Assembly: GCA_017524845.1 (NCBI GenBank)
Contig: JAFXUU010000118.1
Coordinates: forward strand, 101 to 64,100
Length of the DNA stretch: 64,000 nt
Reading direction: 5' to 3'
Origin: Oscillospiraceae bacterium
GTDB taxonomy: Bacteria > Bacillota > Clostridia > Oscillospirales > Oscillospiraceae
In this document: positions 9,889 through 18,465 of the stretch, piece by piece
Position numbering within the stretch: position 1 is the first letter of the stretch
Layout: the number at the start of each line of letters is the position of its first letter
Notes under the pieces: model-generated
The model's input: only the letters and a program-made list of their open reading frames with translations
Told to the model about the DNA's origin: nothing
The model's database searches: none
Position numbers and translations under genes: made by a program

Positions 9889-11388
9889 TCAGTCCCGGCG
9901 GAACAGGTCCCGGGTATAGACCTTGTCCCGCACGTCGTCCAGGGCGCTGTCGTAGCGGTTGGCGATGATGCAGCCGCACATTTTCTTGAATTTCCGGAGA
10001 TCGTTTACCACCAGGCTCCCGAAAAAGGTGCTGCCGTTCTCCAGGGTCGGCTCGTAGATCACCACGGAGGCGCCCTTGGCCTTGATGCGCTTCATCACGC
10101 CCTGGATGGAGGACTGGCGGAAATCGTCCGAATCGGCCTTCATGGTCAGGCGGTAGACCCCCACCGTGACCTCCTGCTGCCGCTTTTCCCGGTCCCGGGA
10201 ATAGGCCTCGCTGCTGCCGTAGGTCCCGGCCAGCTCCAGCACCCGGTCGGCGATGAAATCCTTGCGGGTGCGGTTGCTCTCCACGATGGCCCCGATCAGG
10301 TTCTCCGGCACGTCCCGGTAATTGGCCAGGAGCTGCTTCGTGTCCTTGGGGAGACAGTAGCCCCCGTAGCCGAAGGAGGGGTTGTTGTAGTAGTCCCCCA
10401 CCCGGGGGTCCAGGCAGACGCCCCGGATGACGGCGGCGGTGTCCAGCCCCCGGACCTCCGCGAAGGTGTCCAGCTCGTTGAAATAGGAGACCCGCAGGGC
10501 CAGGTAGGTGTTCACGAAGAGCTTGACGGCCTCGGCCTCCGCGTACCCCATGAAGAGGGTCTCCGCCGGAGCCCGCAGGGCGCCCCGGCGCAGCAGGGCG
10601 GCGAAGCGGCGGGCGGAAGCCTCCGTGCTCCCGTCGCAGCCCACGACGATGCGGCTGGGATAGAGGTTGTCGTACAGCGCCCGGGATTCCCGCAGGAATT
10701 CGGGGCTGAACAGGAGGTTCGGGATTCCCAGGCGCTCCTTCGCCGCGGCGGTATAGCCCACCGGCACGGTGGAGCGGATGACCACCGCGGGCTGCGTCTC
10801 CCGCCCGGCCGCGGCGCGGCGCACCTCCTGCAGCACGCTTTCCACCGCGCTGCAGTCGAAGAAATTGCGCCGGGGATCGTAGCTCGTGGGGACGGCGACG
10901 ACGACGACGTCCGCCTCGGCGTAGGCGGAAGCCCCGTCCGTCGCGGCGCTGAGGTCCAGCCGCCGGGTCCCGGCCCTGGCCTCCGCCAGATATTTTTCAA
11001 TGTATTCGTCCCGGACGGGGGATTCCAGCCGCCGGAGCTTTTCCGCCTTCTCCGGGAGCACGTCCACCGCCGTCACCCGGTTGTGCCCGGCCAGGAGCAC
11101 GGCCAGGGAGAGCCCCACGCGGCCGATCCCGGCGACGGCGACGCGGCAGGGCGGGGCCGGGTCCTTCTCCGCCTCCTTCTCGGCGAAGACCTCCTCCGGG
11201 CGGAAGCCCAGGGCCTCCGACAGGGCCAGGAGCTGGTCCACGGAGGGCGTGAAGCCCTGTCCCTCCAGCCGGGACAGGAGCGCCCGGTTGATGCCGGTGA
11301 GCTCCGCTAGCCGGGCCTGGGTGAGCTTCGCCGCCTTGCGGCGGGCGGCCACCGTTTCGGCCAGCAGGGGGACGGAAAGATGTTTCAT
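9889..11388 (-). CDS. XRE-type HTH domain fused to a UDP-glucose/GDP-mannose 6-dehydrogenase-family enzyme (499 aa)
   Basis: Residues about 10-65, [46 protein letters not shown], form a Cro/C1 HTH. They are followed by [12 protein letters not shown] and catalytic [25 protein letters not shown]. Confidence 0.85.
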   Translation of the reverse strand: MKHLSVPLLAETVAARRKAAKLTQARLAELTGINRALLSRLEGQGFTPSVDQLLALSEALGFRPEEVFAEKEAEKDPAPPCRVAVAGIGRVGLSLAVLLAGHNRVTAVDVLPEKAEKLRRLESPVRDEYIEKYLAEARAGTRRLDLSAATDGASAYAEADVVVVAVPTSYDPRRNFFDCSAVESVLQEVRRAAAGRETQPAVVIRSTVPVGYTAAAKERLGIPNLLFSPEFLRESRALYDNLYPSRIVVGCDGSTEASARRFAALLRRGALRAPAETLFMGYAEAEAVKLFVNTYLALRVSYFNELDTFAEVRGLDTAAVIRGVCLDPRVGDYYNNPSFGYGGYCLPKDTKQLLANYRDVPENLIGAIVESNRTRKDFIADRVLELAGTYGSSEAYSRDREKRQQEVTVGVYRLTMKADSDDFRQSSIQGVMKRIKAKGASVVIYEPTLENGSTFFGSLVVNDLRKFKKMCGCIIANRYDSALDDVRDKVYTRDLFRRD

Positions 11389-11474
11389 GGCTGCGGCCTC
11401 CTCGGAAGCGGCGATGGGGAAATGTTATTATCAGAAACAAAGACCTGCCTGAGACCCGGGAAAAACCCGGGAGC

Positions 11475-11504
11475 ATTATAGCAAAAGAAGCAGAGAGCCG
11501 TCAA
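11475..11504 (-). promoter_or_regulatory. promoter candidate for the minus-strand nucleotide-sugar operon
   Basis: On the minus strand: TTGACG, 18 nt, TGcTATAAT (extended -10), followed by a CCCGGGTTTTTCCCGGG leader hairpin. Confidence 0.5.
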
Positions 11505-11627
11505 GAAGCAAATCGGAGCTTCTTCCGCCGCCCCGGGGAAGGGCGGGGAAGGAGGGCCTGCGCGGCGCGTCCGGCGGGCGGATCGGGGCCTCCGGAGCCG
11601 GGAAACGGAGAAAAAGCGGAAATCCGG

Positions 11628-11656
11628 TTGATTCTGTGCAAAGTATCTGATATAAT
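11628..11656 (+). promoter_or_regulatory. promoter candidate for the 11711 gene
   Basis: TTGATT, 17 nt, TATAAT. Confidence 0.55.
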
Positions 11657-11710
11657 GCATGACAATGGAAACAAAAACATACCCTTTGAACAAAGAAAGG
11701 AAGATTGACC

Positions 11711-12166
11711 ATGGCTGACGAGAAGTTCGATCCCAGCAAGATGCCTCCCTTCGATCCCAGCAAGTTCGACCCCAGCAAGATGCCTCCCTTCGACCCCAGC
11801 AAAATGCCCGCGTTCGATCCCAGCAAGATGCCTGCCGGCGGCTTCCCCGGCGCCCCCGCGGACAGCGGCGAGGAAGAGGAGACCACGGCGGAAAACAACA
11901 TCCTTCGCCAGCCCGACCCGGCCAAGTGGCTGCGGCAGCCCCCGAAGAAGATGCGGGGCGACATGCGGCGCGCCATGAAGCTCGGCAACGAGGCGGAGAA
12001 ATACAACTGCACCTGCTGGAACAAGAACTGTCCCTTCTACGGCAACTGCCGGAAGTGCATCGTGTTCCACATGGCGCTGAAGCAGATCCCCACCTGCCAG
12101 CGCGAGATGGTCATCGAGATGTACACCGAGGGCTACCTGCCCAAGGAGCTCTACATCGAGGACTGA
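11711..12166 (+). CDS. hypothetical protein with FDPSKMP tandem repeats, an acidic linker and a C-terminal Cys-rich domain
   Basis: AAAGGAAG RBS. MADEK(FDPSKMPP)x5-like repeats are followed by C-x-C-x5-C-x5-C-x2-C-x3-H-x9-C (CTCWNKNCPFYGNCRKCIVFHMALKQIPTC). Confidence 0.7.
   Translation: MADEKFDPSKMPPFDPSKFDPSKMPPFDPSKMPAFDPSKMPAGGFPGAPADSGEEEETTAENNILRQPDPAKWLRQPPKKMRGDMRRAMKLGNEAEKYNCTCWNKNCPFYGNCRKCIVFHMALKQIPTCQREMVIEMYTEGYLPKELYIED
11726..11833 (+). repeat. in-frame tandem repeat of about 24 nt (one 15-nt short unit), about 5 copies
   Basis: ttcga(t/c)cccagcaa(g/a)atgcc(t/c)(c/g)c(c/g) is repeated head to tail. Confidence 0.9.
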
Positions 12167-12183
12167 GCGGAATCGGGACTACA

Positions 12184-12214
12184 GGCGCGGCCCTTCCGGG
12201 GGCCGCGCCTTTCC
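12184..12214 (+). terminator. terminator hairpin after the 11711 gene
   Basis: GGCGCGGCCC-TTCC-GGGGGCCGCGCC followed by TTTCC. A second GC hairpin follows at 12215-12233. Confidence 0.55.
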
Positions 12215-12303
12215 GCGGCCCTTCCGGGGCCGCGGCATGAGATCACCGCGCCCGTCCGCCGGGAAGCGCCGGCGGCGGAGCGGGGGAAGAGGGAGGGATC
12301 GAC

Positions 12304-12939
12304 GTGGGCAACGCGAAATTCGGCATGAACGCGCTGCTGCTGATCATTATCATCTTTTCCGCCATCGCTTTTCTGATCACCGTGAAGCTGGCGGGCCTGA
12401 GCGGCGGCTATCCCGTGAACGAATACTATCCCATCGAGGGCACGGATCTCAGCGTGCGCTACAATTCCGTCTATCCCAACGGGCTCTGCCGAGGCAGCCG
12501 GAACGCCGCCGTGCTGCTGCTGGAGGGGGATTTCGGCCACGACTGGGGCGCGGCTGCGGAGGGGAAGAACCTCTATTTGAACGAATACACCTCCACCACC
12601 CTGGGCCTCGTGCGCAGCCAGGTAGACCTGGTGGATACGGAGACCGTGACAAAGCGGGTGCTGCTGAAGGACACGGTGCTCCTGGGCCGCTGCGCCTCCG
12701 GGGAGCTGGTGTGCCTGGGCAGCTGCGTCCTCCCCGCCAACAGTCCCAAAACCAGCGGCTTTGCCCGGCTCTACGCCCTGTCCGCCCGGGACCTGCGCCC
12801 GGAGAGCGACGGGGCCCTGGTGATCTTCCTGGATCCGGCGAGCGGGGAGGTCCTTTGGTCCCGGTGGGATGAGAAGGCCCTGGAGGAGGGCTTTGAGGAG
12901 CGGTGGCTGGGGAAGACCCTGGCGGAGGTGAGGGGATGA
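12304..12939 (+). CDS. membrane-anchored hypothetical protein
   Basis: GTG start. N-terminal TM helix NALLLIIIIFSAIAFLITV followed by a soluble domain. Stop overlaps the next start (ATGA). Confidence 0.6.
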   Translation: MGNAKFGMNALLLIIIIFSAIAFLITVKLAGLSGGYPVNEYYPIEGTDLSVRYNSVYPNGLCRGSRNAAVLLLEGDFGHDWGAAAEGKNLYLNEYTSTTLGLVRSQVDLVDTETVTKRVLLKDTVLLGRCASGELVCLGSCVLPANSPKTSGFARLYALSARDLRPESDGALVIFLDPASGEVLWSRWDEKALEEGFEERWLGKTLAEVRG

Positions 12940-13442
12940 AATTCGGCGTCGCCGTCCGCAACAAGCTCACCGGCGCGGGGCTTTACGTCCGGGCCATGCA
13001 GGTCTCGGCCCTGCTTCCCGCGCTGTATATCTTCGTGGCGTCAGGCTATCCGGGCCTCCTTCGCTCCGCGAACGTCCTCACATTCCTCTTCGGCCTGGGC
13101 TGCTCTCTGCTGCCCCGGGGAGAGACGCTGGCCGTCTCCTCCCTCTACCGGGCGACCGGGAGCGAGCTCTGGGTCTATTTCGCCCTTCTGTGCTTCGCCC
13201 TGGCCTTCGGCCTCCTCGCGGACGCGCTCCTTAGGAGCCGTACCGCCGGCCGCCCGGCCCGGCTGGCCTTCGCCGCCCTGGTCACCGCCGACCTTCTGCT
13301 GCGGCTCGTTCCCCTGCGCTTCAACCTGGCCTTCGGCTGGCCCTGCGCCGTCCTCGGCTTTCTGGGCAGGGGCGTCTGCCTCGCCCTGATCCTGCTGGAC
13401 CTCCGGGCGGAGAAAAAGGCGGCGGAGAAGAAGGCGGAATAG
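12936..13442 (+). CDS. multi-pass membrane hypothetical protein
   Basis: ATG 12936 overlaps the preceding stop (translational coupling). Four to five hydrophobic segments and a Lys/Glu-rich tail EKKAAEKKAE. Confidence 0.6.
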   Translation: MKFGVAVRNKLTGAGLYVRAMQVSALLPALYIFVASGYPGLLRSANVLTFLFGLGCSLLPRGETLAVSSLYRATGSELWVYFALLCFALAFGLLADALLRSRTAGRPARLAFAALVTADLLLRLVPLRFNLAFGWPCAVLGFLGRGVCLALILLDLRAEKKAAEKKAE

Positions 13443-13459
13443 AGTGTGGCATACAGCCG

Positions 13460-13525
13460 CCCCGCTGCGAGCTTGCGCGGCGGGGCGACAGACTGTAAAA
13501 GACGCAAAAACAACATTTCGGCAAG
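13460..13525 (+). repeat. copy of the dispersed intergenic module: GC hairpin followed by ACAGACTGT(C/A)AAAG
   Basis: Hairpin 13460-13485 is followed by cgacagactgtaaaagacgcaaaaacaacatttcggcaag. The same order is seen at 36432, 39083 and, inverted, 57347-57379. Confidence 0.6.
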
Positions 13526-13774
13526 CGCGCTTGGCTTCCCCTCCGGGGAAGCTGTCGCCGAAGGCGACTGATGAGGTGAAGCGCGCGCGTCTCTCCGGCA
13601 GAGCCGGAGAAATAGGCCCCTGCTTCTCCCGCCATCCTCTGCGCGCCGCCTCTCATCCGTCAGCCGCCTGACGGCGTCTGCCGCCTTCCCCCAGGGGAAG
13701 GCATGTCGGTCCCGGCGGAAGCGAAACCCCGCCGCAGCGGAATTAAAAACTGTCCCCGAAGGGGACACCGCAAT

Positions 13775-13802
13775 TCTTCATTATTCATTCTTCATTCTTC
13801 AT
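13775..13802 (+). repeat. heptamer tandem repeat (TCTTCAT-like, 4 copies)
   Basis: tcttcat tattcat tcttcat tcttcat lies in an AT-rich patch just before a GC hairpin. Confidence 0.8.
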
Positions 13803-13827
13803 TTTTAAGTCTTCAATCCAGAATCAT

Positions 13828-13861
13828 CCCCGTCCCTGCGGCGGCCGCCGCAGGGACGGGG
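13828..13861. terminator. strong GC hairpin downstream of the minus-strand cupin gene (terminator-like)
   Basis: CCCCGTCCCTGCGGCGGCCGCCGCAGGGACGGGG is a perfect palindrome 10 nt after the stop at 13872. No clean U-tract. Confidence 0.4.
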
Positions 13862-13871
13862 AAAGCCGTGC

Positions 13872-14768
13872 TCAGTGCCTGCCCAGGGTGATGAACACGG
13901 AGGGGCCGGTCACGTTGCGGTAGGTGAGGGGAAGGTGCGGGGTGCCCTTGGTCATGGCCATGACGGTGGCCTTGGTGAGGATACAGTGCTCCTGCTCCTC
14001 CCCGTCCGCGCCGACGCAGTAATCCGCCTCGCAGTGGAGGTCGGTGAGGTTATCCAGGTCCATGCTCAGGAAGATGAGGGCCTCGTCGTAATCCTCGTGG
14101 GCGTGGGGGTGGTGCTTCCCGTCGGGTCCCCAGGGCCCCAGGTTGTGATCCCGGCAGACGGTGGACCAGGCCATGGTCACGTCCAGGCCGGAGAGGTCGC
14201 TGCCGAAATAGGTGGAGTAGCCCCCGGAGGGCTGGCTCCGCTCGGAGCCGTAATGGTAGGGATCGTTGGCGGAGAACTTCAGGGCCTGCACGTTGCGCAT
14301 GAAGGGGCCGAAGAAGCGGCTCCAGGGGCCGGAGGCCGGCTGGAGGCTTTCGTTCGCGACGGCGGCGGCCAGCTTTCCGGTGAGGTTGACGGACACGAAG
14401 AAGAAGGGGCGGTCCGCCTTCAGAACGATGGGGGAGAAGTGGGGCATGCCCTTGGGGATCACCACGGCATGGGGGATGGCGATGCGGTGCCGCACGGCCT
14501 CCTCGCCCAGGTCCACCTCCAGCTCCGCGCCCAGATGCAGCATGTCCTCCGCGTCGGCGCTGAGGAACCAGAGGAGCTGATCGTAGTCGTGGGTGTGCTG
14601 CTTTTCGGTCTCCTCCGGGATCATGCCGGGGCCGTCCACCAGGCAGTAGCGCAGGGAGAAGCTGTCCCAGCCGAAGAAATCCTCCTCCATGAGGGACCAG
14701 AGCTTTACGTTGCCGTTCCGCCCCCGGATGGGGATCTCCTTCCGGAGATCCGCGTATTTTCCGCTCAT
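13872..14768 (-). CDS. double cupin-like hypothetical protein
   Basis: Two halves, each with an H-x-H...D(E/Y)...(L/I)F(L)...beta-barrel pattern (QHTHDYDQLLWFL; HPHAHEDYDEALIFL). GGAGG RBS. Lies 92 nt downstream of the NifK-like gene. Confidence 0.7.
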   Translation of the reverse strand: MSGKYADLRKEIPIRGRNGNVKLWSLMEEDFFGWDSFSLRYCLVDGPGMIPEETEKQHTHDYDQLLWFLSADAEDMLHLGAELEVDLGEEAVRHRIAIPHAVVIPKGMPHFSPIVLKADRPFFFVSVNLTGKLAAAVANESLQPASGPWSRFFGPFMRNVQALKFSANDPYHYGSERSQPSGGYSTYFGSDLSGLDVTMAWSTVCRDHNLGPWGPDGKHHPHAHEDYDEALIFLSMDLDNLTDLHCEADYCVGADGEEQEHCILTKATVMAMTKGTPHLPLTYRNVTGPSVFITLGRH

Positions 14769-14859
14769 ATTAACCTCCGTTCCGGCCCGGGTCTCCGGGC
14801 CTCGTTTTTTTCAATCATAGCAGGATCGCAGACTGCGGGCAACAGGGAAAACGCAGCTC

Positions 14860-16203
14860 TCAGATCCGGGACATGAGGCCGTTGACGGTCTGCTCCGTGA
14901 GGAATTGGGCCCCCGTCAGCCCAAGGTGGGTCTTGGGGACGATGTCCACGTAGCCCATGCCGGGGAGGCTGATCTCGATGCCGCTGAAGGCGTCGTTCCT
15001 GGTCATGAGGGCGGCGATGGTGTTGGCGTCGGCGTACACCAGCTCGGCGGAGGTATCCAGGATGTCCTTCGTTTCCGCGTCCCCGGCCCCCAGGGAGCGC
15101 AGGAGGGCGCGGAGCTTTTCCCGGCATTCCGGGACGGGGCTCCCGTTCAGGGAAACGCAGTCCGGCGTCATGCCCAGGTAATCCGTGAGGAAGCGGGTAT
15201 AGGCCCACACGGCGGAATCCGGCCCCTCCACGGCGAAGGCCAGGCGGGAGGAGAGGAAATTCTGCTGATCCAGGCCCCGGAGCTTGAACCAGCATTCCGC
15301 CCGCTTCCGCTCGCTCTCCTCCAGCACCGGGTCGGGGGAGACGTCCAGCCGGGCGCAGACCGCGCGGATCATCTCCTCCGTGGCGGCGAAGCCCACGGGG
15401 GGGCCGTCCAGGGTCAGGCAGGGGGTGCCGAAGCGCTTTTCCAGCAGGGCGGCGGTCTCCCGGCCCATCTCGGGGTAGAGCAGGAGGTTCAGGTCCGCCT
15501 CCGGCAGGGAGAAGATGTCCTCCACGGTGCTGTCGGCGCAGAGACAGCAGCCCACCCGGATGCCGCAGGCCTCCAGCAGCCGCGTCAGCTCCGCCTTGTC
15601 CCCGTCCCAGTAGCGCTGCCACACGGAGAGGCCCAGGAGGTTCACCCGGGGCTGCGCGCCGGGCTTCGGGCCGGGGGAAAAGCGGTCCGGCAGCTGGCGC
15701 AGGATCTCCGCGGCGGCCCGGTCGTAGCCGTCGGCGTAGTGCTCGGAGTAGCCGGGGGATTCCAGCACCGCCGTGGGCTTCCCCGGCAGGACCCGGGCCG
15801 CCAGCTCCTTCAGCTCGTCCCCGATGAGGGAGGCGCCGGGGGAATCCACGATCACCAGCAGGTCGAAGCGGAACTTTTCCCCGAAATAGCGCATGGCGGC
15901 CTCCGCCTTCTCCGCCGTGCCGTAGACGTAGTCGTCCCCGTCCAGCCAGGTGCAGGGCACCCGGGGCTGGCGGAAGAACCAGTTGTTGAGGATGTCGTAT
16001 TCCACCTGCCCCTTCTCCGCGCTGCGCCCGGCGGCGTCCCGCAGGGGCGAATGCTTCGTCAGGAAGGCGGAGGTGGTGCTGTGGTAGAATTTGCAGCCCA
16101 TGGGGCCGTTGAGCAGCACGATGACGTTTTTGATGCCCTCGGCGGCGAAGATCATGCCGGTGATGCTGTCAGGCGAAATACTTTTCGAAGAGAGCTTCGT
16201 CAT
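14860..16203 (-). CDS. nitrogenase component-1-type oxidoreductase, NifK/NifN-like subunit
   Basis: Blocks [17 protein letters not shown] and [16 protein letters not shown] align with NifK/N/BchB-type motifs. The start overlaps the upstream ORF by 35 nt. An alternative ATG is at 16155. Confidence 0.8.
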   Translation of the reverse strand: MTKLSSKSISPDSITGMIFAAEGIKNVIVLLNGPMGCKFYHSTTSAFLTKHSPLRDAAGRSAEKGQVEYDILNNWFFRQPRVPCTWLDGDDYVYGTAEKAEAAMRYFGEKFRFDLLVIVDSPGASLIGDELKELAARVLPGKPTAVLESPGYSEHYADGYDRAAAEILRQLPDRFSPGPKPGAQPRVNLLGLSVWQRYWDGDKAELTRLLEACGIRVGCCLCADSTVEDIFSLPEADLNLLLYPEMGRETAALLEKRFGTPCLTLDGPPVGFAATEEMIRAVCARLDVSPDPVLEESERKRAECWFKLRGLDQQNFLSSRLAFAVEGPDSAVWAYTRFLTDYLGMTPDCVSLNGSPVPECREKLRALLRSLGAGDAETKDILDTSAELVYADANTIAALMTRNDAFSGIEISLPGMGYVDIVPKTHLGLTGAQFLTEQTVNGLMSRI

Positions 16204-18406
16204 CTCTCCATGCGCCTCCTTTTCCTTGGCGTTTTCCCAGCTTCTCCCGCTCCCGCAGCAGGGCCGCCCAGCGCTCCAGCACCGGGATGGCCGAGCCGAA
16301 GAGGGCCAGGGGCGAGGAGGGCACGGCGTCCGTGAGCAGGCCCTCGGCCGCCTCCCCTCCGGCGTAGTTCGTGAGGAGCAGGTCCGGCTTCAGGGCCTGC
16401 ACCTTCTCCCGGATGCGCCCGGCCGAGCTGACCTCCTCCGTCACGGCCAGGACCTCCGGGTCCCGGCTCACCCGCAGGGGGGTGCGCAGATAGTTCATGA
16501 CGCCGATCCACCCCAGGCGCATGCCCGCGTCCCGGGCCGCGCCGATGAGCCAGTCCACGTCGTCGTTGATGGTGGTAAGGGCCAGGGTCTTCCCCTCCAG
16601 AGCGGGCCGCAGGGCGTTTACGGCCGCGCGGTAGTCCGCCATCTCCCGGGCGATCAGGGCCTCCGCCCGCTCCCGGCAGCCGTAGAATTCCGCCAGCTCC
16701 GTGAGCCAGGCCGCGGTGGCCGCCGGGCCCACGGGCAGGGGCCGGGGATGGAAGCGGCAGCCGTAGCGCTCCGTGAGCCAGTCCCGCAGGGCCAGGTTGT
16801 CCGCGCTCTCGGAATCCAGGATGTTCAGGGGGGCCTTCAGGAAGCCCCGCAGCTCCTCGCAGGTGGCGTCCCCCAGCAGGCGGCAGTTCAGCCGGAGGCC
16901 CATGGCCTCCAGCAGCCGCCGGAGGGAGCGGACGTTGGGCTCGTTGTTGTAGGAGATGGCCAGCTCACCCACCAGGTTCACGCAGTCGCTCTCCGGCTTT
17001 GCGTCCCGGTCGATGAGCTTTTCGCAGAGGATGTGGAGGCAGTCCCGGATGCCGGCGGAATAGTCCCCGGTGATGTCCCCGTCGGCGGGGACGGCGATCA
17101 CCGGCGTTTCCGGCGTGGACAGGGCCTCCAGGGAGCGGATGTCGTCCCCGATGATGCCGCTGACGCAGCTGGAGATCACCACCACCGCCCCCGGTTTCCG
17201 GGCCACGGCCTCCGATACCTGGGCGCGCAGCTTTTCCATGCCGCCGAAGACCGCCTCGGCGTGGGTCATGTCGCTGCACTCGAAATGGGGGCTGATGGCC
17301 GAGGGCATGAGGATGCCCCGGTTGAAGAGGTTTTTCCGCCCGGGGGAGGAGATGTTCTGCCAGGTGTAGAAGGCGCAGGCCCGGGGGCTGTGGGCGATGA
17401 CCAGGGCGTCCGTCAGGTGCACGGCGGCGGTGGCCGCCCCGTTGAAGGCGCAGCCGTAGAGGGGCGGGCGGCTGAGGGCGCTTCCCGCCTTCCCGGCGGG
17501 CTGGGGCGCAGCGCTTCCCGCCGCCGCGGCCACAGCCTTCGCCGTCTCCCGCGCTTTCGGCGCGGACGGGCGCAGCTCCGTGCCCAGCACCAGGCTCTCC
17601 AGCGCCTCGTCCGTGAGGGGGCGGGCGGGATAGAGGGCCGGGCCCCGGAGGACGTGCTGCGCCAGGCCGGAAAACACGGCCTTTTCCTCCCCGCAGCCGG
17701 GGAGCTCCATCAGCGTGCGCCGGGCCTCCTCCGCCTGGGAGAAGGCGTCGGAGCGGGGCACGTCGGCCACGATGGGGAGGCCCGCGGCCTCCGCGAAGCG
17801 GCGCACCCGCCCCTCCTCGTCGGTGAGGCTGCGCCGGTTGAGGATGATGCCCGCCACCCGGGCGTGCTCGTCCCCGTCGAAATTGCGGATGCCCCGCAGG
17901 ATGTTGTTGGCGGCGTAGATGGCCATGTATTCCCCGCTGGTGACGAGGAAGATGGCGTCGGCGTATTCCCGCCGCACGGGGACGGCGAAGCCGCCGCAGA
18001 CCACGTCTCCCAGCACGTCGTAGATCACGAGGCCGTAGCGCTCCTTCACTCCGTGCCTGTCCAGGAACTCGAAGGCGGTGATGATGCCCCGCCCGGCGCA
18101 GCCCACGCCGGGCCTGGGGCCGCCCGCCTCGATGCAGCCGATGCCGAAGGCCCCCTCCCGGAGGACCTCGGCCGGGTCGGCCGCCGCCGCGTCCCTGCCC
18201 CGGAGGTAGTCCAGCACCGTGGGGATCAGCTCCCCGTGGGTGAGCAGACGGGTGGAATCGTGCTTCGGGTCGCAGCCGATCTGCAGCACCCGGCTCCCCG
18301 CCATGGCCAGCGCGGCGGAGAGGTTGGCGCTGACGGTGCTCTTGCCGATGCCGCCCTTGCCGTAGACCGCGATCTCCAGCGGCTGCGGCGTCTTGATTTT
18401 TTCCAT
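16169..18406 (-). CDS. fusion protein: NifH/BchL/CfbC-type Fe-protein ATPase plus NifD/NifE-type component-1 subunit (745 aa)
   Basis: NifH-type motifs: [11 protein letters not shown]-loop, [16 protein letters not shown] and GDVVCGGF cluster ligands. An Ala/Pro linker follows. NifD/E-type motifs: [33 protein letters not shown] 18406 has a GAGAAGGGA RBS; the track start 18475 is unsupported. Confidence 0.85.
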   Translation of the reverse strand: MEKIKTPQPLEIAVYGKGGIGKSTVSANLSAALAMAGSRVLQIGCDPKHDSTRLLTHGELIPTVLDYLRGRDAAAADPAEVLREGAFGIGCIEAGGPRPGVGCAGRGIITAFEFLDRHGVKERYGLVIYDVLGDVVCGGFAVPVRREYADAIFLVTSGEYMAIYAANNILRGIRNFDGDEHARVAGIILNRRSLTDEEGRVRRFAEAAGLPIVADVPRSDAFSQAEEARRTLMELPGCGEEKAVFSGLAQHVLRGPALYPARPLTDEALESLVLGTELRPSAPKARETAKAVAAAAGSAAPQPAGKAGSALSRPPLYGCAFNGAATAAVHLTDALVIAHSPRACAFYTWQNISSPGRKNLFNRGILMPSAISPHFECSDMTHAEAVFGGMEKLRAQVSEAVARKPGAVVVISSCVSGIIGDDIRSLEALSTPETPVIAVPADGDITGDYSAGIRDCLHILCEKLIDRDAKPESDCVNLVGELAISYNNEPNVRSLRRLLEAMGLRLNCRLLGDATCEELRGFLKAPLNILDSESADNLALRDWLTERYGCRFHPRPLPVGPAATAAWLTELAEFYGCRERAEALIAREMADYRAAVNALRPALEGKTLALTTINDDVDWLIGAARDAGMRLGWIGVMNYLRTPLRVSRDPEVLAVTEEVSSAGRIREKVQALKPDLLLTNYAGGEAAEGLLTDAVPSSPLALFGSAIPVLERWAALLREREKLGKRQGKGGAWRDDEALFEKYFA

Positions 18407-18465
18407 AGGCGTATCCCTTCTCCCGGCGGACCACCGGGGTTTTATGCTCCAGCTCCCGAATATTG

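Noticed and set aside
6658-11388. The two ugd-like genes as an assembly duplication artefact.
   Set aside because: They share motif blocks but diverge substantially at the DNA and protein level. One carries an extra HTH domain, and they are separated by two unrelated genes. They are true paralogues.
11476-12024. Minus-strand 182-aa ORF with GILLGSN/GILLGSK repeats.
   Set aside because: It is the mirror image of the FDPSKMP repeat gene. The plus-strand frame has a consensus promoter, an RBS, a structured Cys-rich C-terminal domain and a terminator. The minus frame has none of these.
14860-18406. A genuine nitrogen-fixation (nif) locus.
   Set aside because: Only one fused H-D gene and one K/N-like gene are present. 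No nifB/E/N/V/X/Q, molybdate transport or glnB-like genes are adjacent. The partner subunit lacks one of the P-cluster-type cysteines. It is better treated as a nitrogenase-like reductase of unknown substrate.
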